Both the position numbers and the translations under genes were made by a program. DNA of 63,393 nt, the filler included, from Octopus bimaculoides (lineage: Eukaryota), in the NCBI RefSeq assembly GCF_001194135.2. It is 5 parts of 5 records of this genome, joined end to end, with 100 filler letters (N's around TTAATTAATTAA, not from the genome) between each part and the next. Parts side by side here need not be neighbours in the genome. Positions count along the whole stretch, not along the records: positions 41,904 to 59,736 come from NC_068984.1; positions 59,837 to 61,353 come from NC_068982.1; positions 61,454 to 63,393 come from NC_068983.1; 2 more parts are not named here. One strand, 5' to 3'. Below the pieces are notes generated by a model, which was given only the letters and a program-made list of their open reading frames with translations, did no database searches and had not been told where the DNA came from. Shown here one piece after another: positions 48,755 through 61,542 of the stretch. Every line of letters begins with the position of its first letter. The first letter of the stretch is position 1.

Positions 48755-49155
48755 NNNNNNNNNNNNNNNNNNNNNNNNNNNNNNNNNNNNNNNNNNNNNN
48801 NNNNNNNNNNNNNNNNNNNNNNNNNNNNNNNNNNNNNNNNNNNNNNNNNNNNNNNNNNNNNNNNNNNNNNNNNNNNNNNNNNNNNNNNNNNNNNNNNNNN
48901 NNNNNNNNNNNNNNNNNNNNNNNNNNNNNNNNNNNNNNNNNNNNNNNNNNNNNNNNNNNNNNNNNNNNNNNNNNNNNNNNNNNNNNNNNNNNNNNNNNNN
49001 NNNNNNNNNNNNNNNNNNNNNNNNNNNNNNNNNNNNNNNNNNNNNNNNNNNNNNNNNNNNNNNNNNNNNNNNNNNNNNNNNNNNNNNNNNNNNNNNNNNN
49101 NNNNNNNNNNNNNNNNNNNNNNNNNNNNNNNNNNNNNNNNNNNNNNNNNNNNNNN

Positions 49156-49196
<41 letters not shown>

Positions 49197-49197
<1 letters not shown>

Positions 49198-49376
49198 GGC
49201 TACCATTTAAGCGATGTCATTTTTCATATGTGATATAGTGATGTTGCAAAATTTGACTTGTGCATATTAATTTCCATTATGTTGTTTATATTGTATCAAA
49301 ATTTCATGTATTTATTTGTAAAGTTAGAGAAGTTATTAAAAATCGAAACCCATCGGGACTTTTGGGACTCCCTCTA
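49197..49376 (+). mobile_element. 3' end of a Tc1/mariner element (paralog of 54795-55068)
   Basis: ccatttaagcgatgtcattttt...gaagttattaaaaatcgaaaccca..gacttttggga.ccct.ta. Confidence 0.75.
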
Positions 49377-49542
49377 GTCACTAATTTATGCACAAAATGC
49401 TTAGCGGTATTTCTTCTGGCTTTTTAGATTCTGAATCCAAATCCTGCCAAAATCAATGTTACCTTTCATCCTTTCGGAATCGATAAAATAAAGCAACGGT
49501 CAAGTACTTAAAGCTGAAAGTTATCTTTTGGAGTCACTTCGA

Positions 49543-49763
49543 CTCATAAGCGCCAGTTTCCAGGTTTCCATGGCGTATATATTCCCACTTGAATGGGACA
49601 CCATCCCGTCGTAGGATTACTTATTTTTGCCACCTGAGTGAACTGGAGCAATGGGAAATGAAATGTTTTTGCTCAAGGACACAATGTGTCGCCCGGTCCA
49701 GGAATCGAAACCACAATCTTACGATCATGAGTCCGTCGCTCTAACCACTAAGCAACGCGTTTC
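49543..49763 (-). mobile_element. SINE B variant (B4) with a cctacgacgggatggtgtccc-type tail
   Basis: B head and ttgagcaaaaac on the minus strand, then a different 3' module. Confidence 0.8.
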
Positions 49764-50575
49764 TTCAGAAAAGTACTGGGCTCAATTTAATCGACTAATC
49801 TTCTCTTGCCATTAAAATTTCAGGCATTCTGCCTTAATTAAAAGCATTTACTTATCTTAGGGTGCTTGGTTAGCAGAATAATTACATCATTGGTTTTGTG
49901 GTATTTATCTGTCAGTCTATGTACCGAGTTCAAATCCAGCCGAGTCCGCTAAAGCATACAGAATATAGTTTAGTAGTAGGGTGCAAAATATCAGTCAAGT
50001 CCTGGAATCGATGGTAGCCCCTCCCTTCATTAATCTACTTAGATTAGAAATGACCATTTCCTTACTTTAATGAGATCCGTGCATGTTATTCGTTAATTCC
50101 AGAATATGATTCTGCTCAAATGTAATGCGAAGAAAACTGTAGTCGTTGAATGCACTAAAACGGAATTAAAATCCAATGGTTTACACCACCTACTATGAAG
50201 AAAAACATTTCAAAGTTCTTGATATTTTTTTTATATTCTGAAACAAAAAAGATAAATATTATTTAAAGGAAGATATCCCTCCAAGATGATTTAACAATAG
50301 TCGAAAACAGCAAGATGAAAATTAGAAGCAACCTCTTGCGAAGAGCTTACCTGATATGACCTTACAGCGCTTGTACATGACACAGTGGCCGAACTCTGCT
50401 TAGTTCAGTGGGGCTAATATTGTACATATATATTATTATAAGAGCTACATGTCTTAGTTCAAATTTCACTGCGATAAGCTCCCTTTTGCGTTCTTATGCT
50501 GTTGCTGAATGACATGCTAGCCGTTGTTACGTAGCTCCAATTCATCCCTAGCCCAGGAGTTCTATGATATGTAGG

Positions 50576-50903
50576 ATAGGAGCACTCCATCGCTTACGAC
50601 GACGAGGATCCCAGCTGAAGCGATCAACGGAACAGCTTGCTCGTGAAATTAACGTGCAAGTGACTGAGCAATCCACAGACACGTGTACCACTAGCGTAGT
50701 TCTCAGGGAGATTCAGTGTGACACAGAGTGTGACAAGACCGGCCCTTTGAAATACAGGTACTACTCATTTTTGCCAGCTGAGTGGACTGGAGCAACGTGA
50801 AATAATGTGTCTTGCTCAAGGACACAACGCGTCGCCGGGAATTGAACTCACGACCTTACGATCGTGAGTCGAATGCCCTAACCACTAAGCCACGCGCCTT
50901 CAC
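50576..50903 (-). mobile_element. SINE family B, full length, with a 15-bp target-site duplication
   Basis: A-box TGGCTTAGTGG and B-box GAGTTCAATTCCC. TSD tctatgatatgtagg at 50561-50575 and 50904-50918. Confidence 0.95.
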
Positions 50904-51059
50904 TCTATGATATGTAGGTAGTTGGCAAAACAATGAGCCACAACTCAAAGATTCATACTCCCAATCATCGCATACGCCGATACTTAGCTGAGAATAATGA
51001 AGAATATTCAAGCATTTAGTGGTGGCCTCGTGAGGGATTCAGTGTGGTAGCCTGGATAT

Positions 51060-52240
51060 ATTCTACTCTCTCTTCTCTCCAGTTTATATTTGTGTGTTGG
51101 TAAATTCTGATGGTGTTGACAGTAAAGATGGACAAGGAAGACTTGGTCAAAGTGTGACTGCGGTAGTTCTTCTTCACTTATTGTTGGTGATATGAATTCC
51201 TGTATAGTATTTGACGCATTTGAAGTTGCAGTTATTAGGTGTATATGTATTCCTTATAGAAGAGTTCGGGGGAATAGTGTTTTAAGCTGATGTTATAGTT
51301 GATTTCTAAGATATTGTATAAATGCTCGTATATCCAGGAGGTCATCTATTTGTAGTAACTTGCTTCATTATATAGTTGGTCTATGGGTGTTTGTGGTTGC
51401 ATTCTGACCACAATCTGTTATGCTACGTAGGAAGCTATTTTATATTTATTATATTTTGATAAAGAGAGATTATGAACCCAATAAAAGCTAGAAAAGTCAA
51501 CGAGGGATCTAATGTAACGTGTATACACCATTGTTGTTGGTTCTGTTGTTCAAATGTAGTACCTGAGATCACTCTAAGTGTGATTGTATACTTTCTTATT
51601 ATTTCTGTTGGTTAAGTGTAGTACCTGTGAGTGTTCCGTTGCTGTTTTTAATTAGTGAAATACATCAAGTGGTTGCTCTAATTATATTAGTGAAACATTT
51701 TGCCTTTTTAACCATATCTTCTTTTTTTAACCACATGGATGTTACAGGAGTTGTATACAATTTCTAGTATGTTTTTCTTCCATTTGTGAACTATGTTTAA
51801 GTAAAATGTGATGGCTGGTTGAGTTTGATATCCTCTGTTGTTGAAGAAAAGCTGTGGCTTTTTAGGTGCTACTTTAAATGTGTTGTTGCAGAAACAAGTT
51901 TCTACGCGACCTAAATAGATCTGAAGTAGTTATGCGGCAGTCTCTTGAGAATGGTGGGTGGACGGTTTTGAGTGTCAAGTCATTAGCACAAATGGTTGGT
52001 CAGCATGTTTTGTGGAGGTTTAGGAAGATCATATAGATATATAGGTCTAAACGAGTGGGTGTGGGGACGGATCGCCATAGTGATCCATGCGGGAAAACGT
52101 AAGTTCTGAAGTATTGTTCTTGTATACCACATGAAATTAAACATTTATTGTGCACATGAATTCAGCACCTGGCTTAGGGCGATCAGCTGTAAATCGGTGC
52201 CACATATTAAGAAAATAATAACCTTCGATGTAAGCAGTAG
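51060..52240 (-). mobile_element. Decayed Penelope-like element (RT C-terminus to GIY-YIG)
   Basis: Minus-strand AEFM, HPPF...LFRSRR, FFNNRGY, NGVYTL and TPIDQLYN follow the PLE order ANLFM, HPxxxxSIPYSQFLRLRR, FxxRGYP, NVVY, PVAxHFN. The coding strand is A/C-rich. Confidence 0.55.
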
Positions 52241-53454
52241 TAACACTATAAAACTGACGAGTGTTCTGTGCTGAGTTCAACAACTGTCAGTATAGCTTGG
52301 AAATGAGTAGGTTTCGATCCAGTAAATTACGGTGACCAACCATGCTTATGAAGTAGCTCTATATTACTTGAACCAATGGGGGAATCTTCTATGTGGTCTT
52401 TTGATCAGCAAGAAATGGCAGTCGAATATCTTTCAAATTACATTCTTCTGTCTCAAAAGGCAGCGGGCATATTGGATAGTATAGTCCTAGGTGCACGACA
52501 CATGTAAAAAACAGAAGACAGGATATTGACCTTTTATCATAAGACCGTTCAATATAATCATGGACGGGTGTTAAAACAATAATAACAGCAGCAACGGCAG
52601 CAGCGTCAAAAACGGCAGCAGCAACAAAACCAGCAGCTGCAGCAGCGATAACAACAACAACAGCAACTATATTAACAATAACAACAGCAGCAATAACAAC
52701 AAACAGCATCAATGACTCTATAACCCTTCTTCACGTCAATTACACCCGGTGATCTTCCTCGTATGATATTTAGTGAGAATAAATAAATAGTTAAATAAAT
52801 CAAGAAATAAATTATATAAAAAAAAGTAATAACAAAGTGCTCCAAACTAACAATGTTTCGTTATAAATCTATTACTTTTTTGTATTTTTTAATTTTTATT
52901 TTTATCAAGAATAAAATTAAAAAAAAGAAAATAATAAAATGAATTATTTTCGATGATTTGAGATAGTGACAGATTAGTCGCTTGTTAGAATGGACAAATA
53001 AATATTTCTTGCTTTTATCGCGTTTCGGTCAATTTGCTGCAATTACCGTGATTCTTGTCAATGCCTCCAGTTGTTTTCCACAAGGAAAATGTTTACAGAA
53101 TTGAAAAGAAATTAGGTCTCTTTAAGTAATTAATCTTTCAGTTTGTATTGCAATAACGTAGCCAACAGTTATGCTCCGTTTTGGCTTTGTTTTCTTCGCC
53201 TGACTTAACCAAAGACGTGAAACTGCAACCTTTATTGTCCTTAGTATCAACTTTTTCGAGTTTCACTTGAGGAGTTAAGTGTGAGTGGAGATGGAAGTGT
53301 TGCCTTCCGGCAGCTTTATTCAAAGGTAGGGGAATGTGTCAAGGTGGTCCAAGCAAACGGGGCCTACTCTAAGCATTCATCTGTAGATTGGAGGAAGAGG
53401 ATGAGGTGAAGGCACTTAACCTTGTGGTCAGGCTGACCGTGGCTTTGTGGTGTT

Positions 53455-53619
53455 TTTACGAGCGGCATTTCGTCCGCTTTTACATTCTTAGTTCAAATGG
53501 CGCCGAGGTCGACTTTACCTCTTATCCTTTCGGATAAGAGTACTTGAGTACTAGAGTTGATGTAATCGGCTATTCCCGTTCCCTAAAATTTCAGACCTTG
53601 TGCCTATAGTAGAAAGGAC

Positions 53620-53690
<71 letters not shown>

Positions 53691-54095
53691 CGAAGGCGGT
53701 GAGCTGGCAGAATCGTTAGCACACCGGCCGAAATGCTTAGCAGTATTTTACCCATCTCTACGTTCTGAGCTCAAATTCCGCCGAGGTCAATTTTGCTTTT
53801 CATCCTTTCGAAGTAGACAAATTTAAGAACCAGTTGAGTACTGGGGTCGATGTGATCGACTGTCCCCCTCCCCACAAAATCCAGGCCGTGTGCCTCTAAT
53901 AGAAAGGATTATTATCATTAAGATGGCGACCTGGCAGAACCGTGAAATTTCAGACCTCGTGCCTATTGTAGAAATGATCATTACTATGCCAGCAAATAGC
54001 AGAATCGATAGGGTGTTGGGAAAATGCTTAGCGGCATTTTTTATTTTTGTCTTGCTCAAGGACACAACGTGAGGCCAGTAATCGAATTCACGCTT
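53455..54095 (+). mobile_element. Train of SINE C copies: ~53455-53620, 53693-53918, internally deleted 53920-53983, and a head at ~53985-54045 fused to a SINE B piece
   Basis: Repeated ctggcagaa.cg heads and gtgcct...tagaaa.gat tails separated by ATT repeats. Confidence 0.85.
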
Positions 54096-54794
54096 TCACT
54101 CGTATGTCAAAGTCTTATATATTCTATACCTGCAGTTGGTTTTTACGACACGGAGGAGTTCATTAGATGTATTTTTCCCTTTAATAAATATACTAGCTAA
54201 TACATTCTTTTATTTCGTCCGTTTTATATCTCCATTAGTTCAAAAGCGATGGCTAACCGAAAACCACGTGAGAGCTGCGAGAAGGTACACAATAATTACG
54301 GCTGGTTCGTTTCTGGCGCTGACTGACTAAGCAAATCCAGAGTTTGGTTGGGATAAACAGCAACTGTCCCAGCATTTGATAAGTATTTTCACATAGTTTT
54401 GGTTGATATTATTCACCGCATCTCAAAATATTCTTGAACATTTCGTGGCATTATACATCAGATTCGGAATGCGTTGCGTTGTCAATTTTATTAACCGGCC
54501 ACTACTAGAGTCAACTATTAACCAGCAACAATGAAAAACGAAATACAACATCGTGTGGACTGTATAAGATAAGGATGTGAACTTCTAGAGCTGATAGTAT
54601 GAAACGTTAATTTAAGTTCATTATATTCAATTAATTTTTCCTTTTATTTCAGCATGATTAAATCACCATCTTAAAGCGAGCGGAACCGGTACCTACGAAG
54701 TTAGAAATATACTTATTGTCTATATTTTTCCCACAAAATTTCTCTAAGTACCCTAAGCATTCCTTCTTTCTATCTTTTCAATACACACACACAT

Positions 54795-55068
54795 TTTTTC
54801 TTGTGGGGATACCTTAAAGAGAGGGTTTACGTCAACAAACCAGAGCCCTGGCGCAACTGAAGGAGAACATCAGTAGAGAAATCAGAGAAGTGGGGGTGTG
54901 AGTCTTGAGAGTGCTATGGTGCAAGTCTTGGAAAGAGCACAGGTGTGCAAAACCGAAAATTGCTGCCATTTAAGTGATGTCATTTTTCCTATGTGATGTG
55001 GTGGTGTTGCCAAGTTAAGGAAGTTATTAAAAATTGAAACCCACCAGTGACTTTTGGGGCACCCTGTA
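54795..55068 (+). mobile_element. Tc1/mariner-superfamily transposase C-terminus and right TIR
   Basis: FFLWGYLKERVYVNKP, LAQLKENISREI, VLERAQVC..CHLSDVIF*. The end reads cttttggggcaccctg followed by TA. Confidence 0.85.
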
Positions 55069-55089
55069 GTCACTAATTTATGCACAAGA

Positions 55090-55106
55090 CCAAGACCAAC
55101 ACCTTC

Positions 55107-55137
<31 letters not shown>

Positions 55138-55460
55138 GAAGGGGGTGTTAGTTGATACTGTCGATCGTAATACTTGGCCGGTACTTTATTTTGTTGACCC
55201 CAGATGGATGGAAGACAAAGTCGATATCGGTGGAAATTGTACTCAAAAAGTAATGAACCGGAGCAAATACAACAAAGTATTTTTTCCGACATTCCAACGA
55301 GTCTGCCAGCTTTTGCACCAAATGAGGCAGAAGGCCAACGATTTTGCAGAAAGTCATTAGTCAGTATCATTAATCTCCGTACAAGACTGGTACTTTATTC
55401 TATCGACCCAGAAAAAAGTGAAAGGCAAAGCTGACCCCAGTGGGATTTGAAGTAAAATTA
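55090..55460 (-). mobile_element. Diverged SINE C pieces (~55090-55250 and ~55370-55460)
   Basis: ggtactttatt..tcgaccc..gaaaggcaaag and gatttgaa motifs. Confidence 0.65.
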
Positions 55461-56047
55461 GTAAATCAAATCTAAACACTTTCAATGAATTTAGAGAATT
55501 AATAACTACCAGATCGTGGATTATTCCCGATTTAGTAACGTTAAATGGATAGATAATAAATACCACATCGTCATTAAGGCATAACGTTAGACCATCAGAG
55601 GTATTAACAGTACTATCTTTCTCTTACTTATTCCTCGTAGTCGTGCACAGGTATGAAAACCTGTAGAATTCCGTATAGCGTGTGTTTTCCTAAATAGGTC
55701 AACAGGCCAGCCGCAATAGATCTGAACTTTAGACCTATGAGCCGATTGCCGAACACAGTATCCGCTTAGTTTATTACGTGTGCGCTAGGTTAATGGTGGG
55801 TTCCTTTAGACTAACGCAATAAGATTTCGCTATTATTTTTTTTTCTTCACTGGTGACCACATTTATAAAATGTCCATAGAGGTTGTTAGCACAACCGTTT
55901 CTAAGTAGGTGCTCCCATAAAATATTTCAGACTTTTCATACATGCCTTCAGATAACAAAATGATAAAAAAGATAAAAAACAAAACAAAACACAAACTCAT
56001 ATTCCATACATATTTATTTTGTCTTGCCTCCTTTTTTAAAGTCTTCG

Positions 56048-56120
<73 letters not shown>

Positions 56121-56646
56121 AACATATATGTATATATATCTACATATACATTTAGATATACATGCATATTACATATATACATATATAGAGAGAGGCATAC
56201 ATGTCTATTGAAACAAACAGGTAGACAGGCAGACGAACAGATAAAGAGGGAGGGAGAGTGAGAGTAGAATATGAGATATTCGGGTGGGAATTGAACCGTA
56301 TTAACGATTGCTACAAACATTTACACGTATTCATACAAGTTGAACAAATAAGTTACTTCTTTTTTTTCTTTCTTGAATTATCATGGAGATTAAGTCATCT
56401 GGAATGTTTATGGACATTCCTCATCTTTATGAACATGGAAACTTGACGAAAGATAATGAAATAAAAACTAAAGCTAAAAATAATAAAAAAAACAATACAA
56501 ACAATATACATTGACAAAACAACAACAACAACAAAAAGCTAACAAACAAATAAACAAACGATATGGCTACAACTCTAGTGAAGACGGTTCCACCTCTGCA
56601 AATTCTCTTAATTCTTATGGTACAAATTAACCAGTAATAATAATAA

Positions 56647-56677
<31 letters not shown>

Positions 56678-56681
56678 AATG

Positions 56682-56732
<51 letters not shown>

Positions 56733-57136
56733 GAGAAAAGAAGCGCCTAACTATAAGTTGTTCACTAAACAACTAACTAGTCACCGCTGGTCTTCCATCG
56801 AAGCATACTACTAAAACGAAGGTTATTTGGAACATTAAGGAAGTATAGCTTATATATGTTTGTTGGTCAGTTAGTTTAACAGTTTTCTTCTGTTTTGGTT
56901 GCGTTTTGTTTTTGTTTTGTGATTTTTTTTACATATATATATTCTTATAGAAATAATAAGACAAAAAACACAGCTATAGCTGCGGGTTTTTGTTGTTTTC
57001 TTTTTTGTTCTTTGGCGTTCAGGCCATCCATATATAAAGGTTGAGATAGCATTTGATTTCATGTTACACTGCATTAACTGCAGTTGATGATGCGATGATG
57101 AGGAGGAGCAATGTACACTTGAAGAAAGAGTTGCCT

Positions 57137-57350
57137 TCTTCTTCTTCTTCTTCTTCTTCTTCTTCTTCTTCTTCTTCTTCTCCTCCTTCTTCTTGTTCTT
57201 GTGTTGTTGTTGTTGTTGTTGTTGTTGTTCTTGTTGTTCTTTTTCTTCTTTTTCTCCTCCTCCTCCTTGCTGTTGTTATTGTTCTTCTTCTTCGTCTTCT
57301 TCTCCTTCGTCTTCTTCATTTTCTCCTCCTCCTCCTCCTTCTTGTTCTTG

Positions 57351-57381
<31 letters not shown>

Positions 57382-57660
57382 CTTGTTCTTCTTCTTCTTC
57401 TTCTTCTTCTTCTTCTTCTTCTTCACCTCCTCCTTCTTGTTCTCCTCCTCCTCCTCCTTCTCCTTTTTCTCTTCTTGCTTCTTCTTAATTTTCCTCTTTT
57501 GCATTTCTTTCCTTATCGTCAAAATCATCGTCGTCGTCGTCATCATCATCATCATCACCATCATCATCATCATCGTCGTCGTCGTCATCAGTATCCTCCT
57601 CCTCCTCATCATCATCCATATGATCATCATCATCACCATAACCACCACCACCACCATTAA
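57137..57660. repeat. Compound (TTC)/(CTC)/(TTG)/(CAT) microsatellite field
   Basis: Direct. The block ccttcttgttcttgtgttgttgtt occurs twice. Confidence 0.95.
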
Positions 57661-58023
57661 CGTTAACACTCTCTCTCTTCATCAGTCTACCCCCATTTCA
57701 TCTAAGTAGATGAAGTTTGTTTCCTTTAATATCTTTTCTTTTTTCCATGTTTCTTCAATATCTTTTATTTTACCCCCCCCCCCGCCACCCTAAGACAGAG
57801 AATTTGTCATTAAACAGTGATAAACGAGCACAAAAGCTCTATCTCCTTTTTGTTTTATCTATCTATACCTTCTCCAGCTATAATGTGTAAGCATTGACTG
57901 ANNNNNNNNNNTTTTATCTATCTATACCTTCTCCAGCTATAATGTGTAAGCATTGACTGACATATCTTTAAACTATTTGCTATGGAATTATACTTCTAAA
58001 AGGCCTCTCTCTCTCTCTTTTTC

Positions 58024-58080
<57 letters not shown>

Positions 58081-58544
58081 CTCTACATATATAACTCAAG
58101 TAATCTTCCTGATTTCATAACAAACAACTTAAAATTATATCGTGATTAAAGCAAGTATATATTTTAGAGTCTATTATTTGTCTGTCTGTTTCTTTCTCTT
58201 TCTCTCTGTCTCTCTCTCACTCTCTTTCTCTCTCTGTCTGCCTCTTCCTCGTGTATTTCTGAAACACTGAAAACTGTAGCAAATCGACATTTCTTAAAAT
58301 AAAAGCCTAGAGATAATTCGATGAAGTAAAAATATAAGTGCAGTTAATGTCCAATTAGAATTATTGGAAGTCATTTTAGCTGGAGTGAAAAAACGTGAGT
58401 GAATATCAAAGAGTCTATGGCGCGGAATATTGCACAGAATGTTTGGTAAAATGTCTAACAGAGGAAATGAGTTTAAGATAACAGCGATGGTAACAGAAGC
58501 TGCATAAAAATTATGTAGGTGGGAGTAATTTTAGTCGTGAATGG

Positions 58545-58890
58545 AAGGCGGTGAAATGGCAGAATCGTTACCGGACCGGGAAAAATATTGGGCGGCATTT
58601 CTTCCAACCTCAAATTCTGCCGAGGTCACCTTTGTGTTTTATCCTCTCAGGGTTGAGAAAATAAGTACCAGTTGAGCACTGCGGTCGATATAATCGACTT
58701 ATGCTCCCGCCCCGCCCCCGCCCCGAACTTGCTGGCCTTGTGCCAGAATGTAAAACCAATATAGTCATGAAGGCACTTGGCCTAGTGGTTACAGTATTGT
58801 ACTTGCAATCTTCCGATCGTGGTTTCGATTTCTGAGCTGAGTGGTAGGTTGTGTTCATGAACAAAGCAGTTCATTTCAGGTTGTTCAAGT
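58545..58890 (+). mobile_element. SINE C (58545-58762) followed immediately by a SINE B head (~58767-58890)
   Basis: aaggcggtgaaatggcagaatcgtt...aaaaccaatat, then gaaggcacttggcctagtggtta. Confidence 0.8.
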
Positions 58891-59162
58891 TGGTGGAGAA
58901 AAAGTGAGCAAAATGGTAAAATTGTCTAACAGTAAGAAGTAGTTTAAGACAGAAGATGAATAAAGATAATATAAGTGGGAGTATATACAGCCTCGAATTT
59001 TGGGGGATGGCTGGAGTGTAGTAGACTCACCACCCTAAACAGGGAGTTTAGAATTTATTGTATTGCACTGCTATCAAATGTTACTTATAAGACATGTATT
59101 TTCATATGTTAAATAGTTGGTTGAACGCACGTAGCCCAGAGGTTAGGATTTTTGCGCTCACG

Positions 59163-59396
59163 TCTTATTTCTTTATTGCCCACAAGGGGCTAAACATAGA
59201 GGGGACAAACAAGGACAGACAAAGGGGTTAAGTCGATTACATCGACCCCAGTGTGTATCTGGTACTTAATTTATCGACCCCGAAAGGATAAAAAGCAAAG
59301 TCGACCTCGGCGGAATTTGAACTCAGAACGTAACAGCAGACGAAATACCGATAAGAATTTCGCCCGGCGTGCTAACGTTTCTGCCAGCTCACCGCC
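59163..59396 (-). mobile_element. SINE family C, near consensus (alternative tail ending aataaagaaataag), nested in a SINE B head spanning ~59122-59620
   Basis: Clean A-box, B-box and body. The host B sequence resumes at ~59400. Confidence 0.92.
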
Positions 59397-59836
59397 TTGA
59401 GTTGCGCTCCCCTCTCAGAGATCGTAGTTTCGATTTCTGACCTGGCGGTGCGTTGCGTTCTTGAGCAAAACATTTTATCTCATGTTATTCCATTCCATTC
59501 TGCTGTGTAATGAGTAAACCTGCGACAGATGGAAGGCCCGTTCAAGGGAAATGTAGTGATCTCAGTCATTTATACAGAATAGAAACCGTGTACAGCCCCG
59601 GTTGTATTAGTCCTAGGACTCCAGACAGTAATGTCCAAATGCTGCTGCTGCTAATAGTGAATACAATCGAACTTTTGAGGAATCGGAAGACTACTGTAAT
59701 CGCACTACAAGATATATACATATATATATATATATANNNNNNNNNNNNNNNNNNNNNNNNNNNNNNNNNNNNNNNNNNNNTTAATTAATTAANNNNNNNN
59801 NNNNNNNNNNNNNNNNNNNNNNNNNNNNNNNNNNNN

Positions 59837-59899
<63 letters not shown>

Positions 59900-60387
59900 C
59901 TTTCTCTCTCTCTTTCTCCTTTCTCTCTCTCTCTTTCTCCTTTCTCTCTCTTTCATTTTCGAGTTATACAAACTTAGAAACGCAAACATTTAGCCATGCA
60001 TTTAAATATCGCTTCTTATCTATCTATCTATCTATCTAACTTGCTATACATGAAAGAGACAATATAGACGCACAACCATAAATACATTCATGCATACATC
60101 TATACAAGCGATATATATCTACACACAACACACATACATACACACATATATACAACACATTCATACATACAATACGATCCATATACGCATATAAACATTC
60201 ATTATAGATATAGCAAGATATTGTGATATTGTAAAGTAATTAATAAAGCAATTACACACAGGCACTCACACACACGTTGATTACTTGCACATAATCAATA
60301 ATATTGATTGCATATATGTGAGTGTGTATATGCGTTTGTGAGTATGTGTGTTTGTGTGTGTATGTATATATATTTATACACACATTT

Positions 60388-60435
<48 letters not shown>

Positions 60436-60770
60436 GTGATTATGCTTATGTATGTATACATGTTATGTATGTATGTGTGTGTGCGCGTGCGTGTGTGCTC
60501 TAATTATTGTGTGCTGTGTGTAAGATCTAATTACAATGCCTGCGGTTGTAAAGAGGCAGGCATACCTTGGATTCTTGCTCCAATATACTTTGGAAGATAA
60601 AGACAACAGAATCTATAGAAAAGTGTGTGACACGAGTTGACAAGGGCGGAAACATTAGTGATTTCGCCTGTGAACTAAGTGGCAGGCGTTAAAATTGGTT
60701 AAAACGGTTCCGTTTTCCACCGAAGCTCAAACATCACAGAATTAAGAACAAGTGAATTAAGATAATATAT

Positions 60771-60960
60771 GGCAGCGAGCTTGGCAGAATCGATAACACA
60801 TCGGACAATATACTTACGCGTTCTGAGTTCAAATTCCGCCAAGGTCAACTTTTCTTTCATTCTTTTGGGGTCAATGAAAAGATAAAGTACCGGTCAAGTA
60901 CTGGGACGATATAATCAACTTATCCTCCTACCACTATCACCACCCGCTCATAAAACTGGT
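60771..60960 (+). mobile_element. SINE family C, diverged
   Basis: ggcagcgagcttggcagaatcg...gttctgagttcaaattccgccaaggtc. Confidence 0.85.
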
Positions 60961-61059
60961 GGCTTTAGAACTTGCACTATCACACAGACTTAAATTTTTA
61001 CTGTGGACAGTATCACATGCCAGTATGGGTGGGGTGGAATGCTAAGCAAGCCACGCGGG

Positions 61060-61215
61060 AGACGTCCCTGTAACTTAGCGGTTCAGCAAAAGGGCACTAT
61101 AGAATAAGTACTAGGCTTCAGTGCGATGAACACTTGCGTAGTTCAACTAAAACCTCTTCAAAGCAATGCCCCAACATAGCCACAGTCTAATAACTGAAAC
61201 GACTAAAATGAAATA
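61060..61215 (+). mobile_element. SINE family A right arm
   Basis: gtaacttagcggttcagcaaaag...tagaataagtactaggctt...actgaaac. Confidence 0.8.
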
Positions 61216-61248
61216 AGAAGATATATATACATACACACACACATACAT

Positions 61249-61307
<59 letters not shown>

Positions 61308-61511
61308 CAAATATATATATATTTATATATATATACATGTCCTGGCCTCTACTNNNNNNNNNNNNNNNNNNNNNNNNNNNNNNNNNNNNNNNNNNNNTTA
61401 ATTAATTAANNNNNNNNNNNNNNNNNNNNNNNNNNNNNNNNNNNNNNNNNNNNGAGAGAGAGAGAGAGATAGATAGATAGATAGATAGATAGATATATGT
61501 ATGTGTATATG

Positions 61512-61542
<31 letters not shown>

